From NCBI GenBank assembly GCA_002104905.1, contig MCFE01000200.1:1-64000 (forward strand): a DNA stretch of 64,000 bases, given 5' to 3'. The stretch comes from Basidiobolus meristosporus CBS 931.73. Taxonomy: Eukaryota > Fungi > Basidiobolomycota. The translations under genes and the position numbers were made by a program. The notes beneath the pieces are model-generated. The model did not search any database, was not told where the DNA came from, and saw nothing but the letters and a program-made list of their open reading frames with translations. Below are positions 63,036-64,000 of the stretch, piece after piece (positions within the stretch are counted from its first letter, which is position 1; each line of letters starts with the position of its first letter).

Positions 63036-63402
63036 TATTGTAATTTTAGAAGTGTTTTAGATAAAAGGAACTTATGAAGAAATAATTATAAAATTTGAAT
63101 AGTTGCTTATTCATAGAAAAGTACATTTATATCTTTATAGGAGCAAAAAAACTGTAATACTAAGTAAGCAGGGTGACTCAGAATTCAGACCCATTGTGTA
63201 ACTGTTTCAGGATTAGTACATATTGCTCAGTAAAAGCACTATATTTATCCTACCTTTAGGCAAATAAACAAAGGATCATTGATCTGAATAAAAGTGGCAA
63301 AATTAGGAATCTAAGTTAGTCCTACAGTGACCAAGACTGGTCCAAAACTGTTGATAAAGTTTTTAGCTGCTGAATGATACCAAAGAGTCAAATATTTCAG
63401 TA
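63036..63402 (-). mobile_element. Solo copia LTR (family B) with TSD GCTGC
   Basis: Homologous to 51121-51490; ends decayed to TATTG...CAGTA; GCTGC at 63031-63035 and 63403-63407. Confidence 0.88.
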
Positions 63403-64000
63403 GCTGCTATATATGTAATGAATGCCTCTTAAATTTTGCAAATACCACATAGTTCATAACTAACAAATCTGCACTCCCTGCTGGATTCTTGTCCCTCATT
63501 TAGGTGTTCTCCATTTCATGGCCTTGGGTTAGCTTAGACACTACATTTACAGTAGTAAATGTGCTAAATTGGCCTTTGTTATTTGCCTAAAAATAACTAT
63601 TCCAACTAACCTTAACATATGACTTTTAATGCCCCCATTGTACTCTTGGTAGAAATTGCTTTACAAGGCCACTTAAACAGCATCCATCCAGTACATTCAT
63701 TCCTTGCATTTGTACTATTGCATGTTTTACATATACCAATTGAAGCTTGTCAGCAGTGCTTTGGGAAGCAGAAAGTCAATAATAATTGTGAACATCTGGC
63801 AAATTTGTTAGGTATCTAAAAGCACTGATTGCAACTAAAATGCTCTATGTACAGCTTAGCAATAATCATTGAAATATGGCTAAAGTACCAAAGCACTGCT
63901 TTGATGGATAATTCTTGCTCATATAGTTCCTATTGTCTTGAGAATTGACAGCTTGCAGCTTGCTGGTTATTCTTTAATGGCTTATAGCTTGCCAGCTTTA

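Noticed and set aside
29300-64000. Classical ascomycete CpA-type RIP as the main cause of decay
   Set aside because: CA/TG dinucleotides remain abundant while CG is what is lost; the pattern fits CpG-directed mutation better, pending a computed spectrum.

Overview
Eukaryotic DNA from a fungus. Evidence: eEF3 gene, short GT-AG introns with CTAAC-type branch points, Yak1, Pds5. The gene style suggests an early-diverging (Mucoromycota/Zoopagomycota-like) lineage, which is an inference. The window has two sharply different halves. (1) About 1-29,300 is gene-dense and CpG-rich: eEF3, SNIP1/Pml1, a class-B bHLH factor, Pds5, SF3B6/p14, mitochondrial uL5m, a Yak1/DYRK kinase, two small paralogous genes flanking an LEA_2-like membrane protein, a SAM-like tail-anchored protein and a GNAT acetyltransferase. 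(2) About 29,300-64,000 has no recognisable host gene, is AT-rich and almost free of CpG, and consists of nested, decayed mobile elements. These include three copies of a CMC/EnSpm (CACTA-like) DNA transposon with C[A/C]CTATGAAAAAT termini and a divergently oriented second ORF, two internally deleted Ty1/copia elements, a truncated Ty3/gypsy element, three LTR families (solo LTRs with intact TSDs, one nested in another), a ~730-bp palindromic TA-targeting MITE family, a DDE_Tnp_4 transposase relic, and a GC-hairpin-rich segment resembling a degenerate mitochondrial group I intron (possible NUMT). All boundaries and similarities were read by eye; no database searches or alignments were run.
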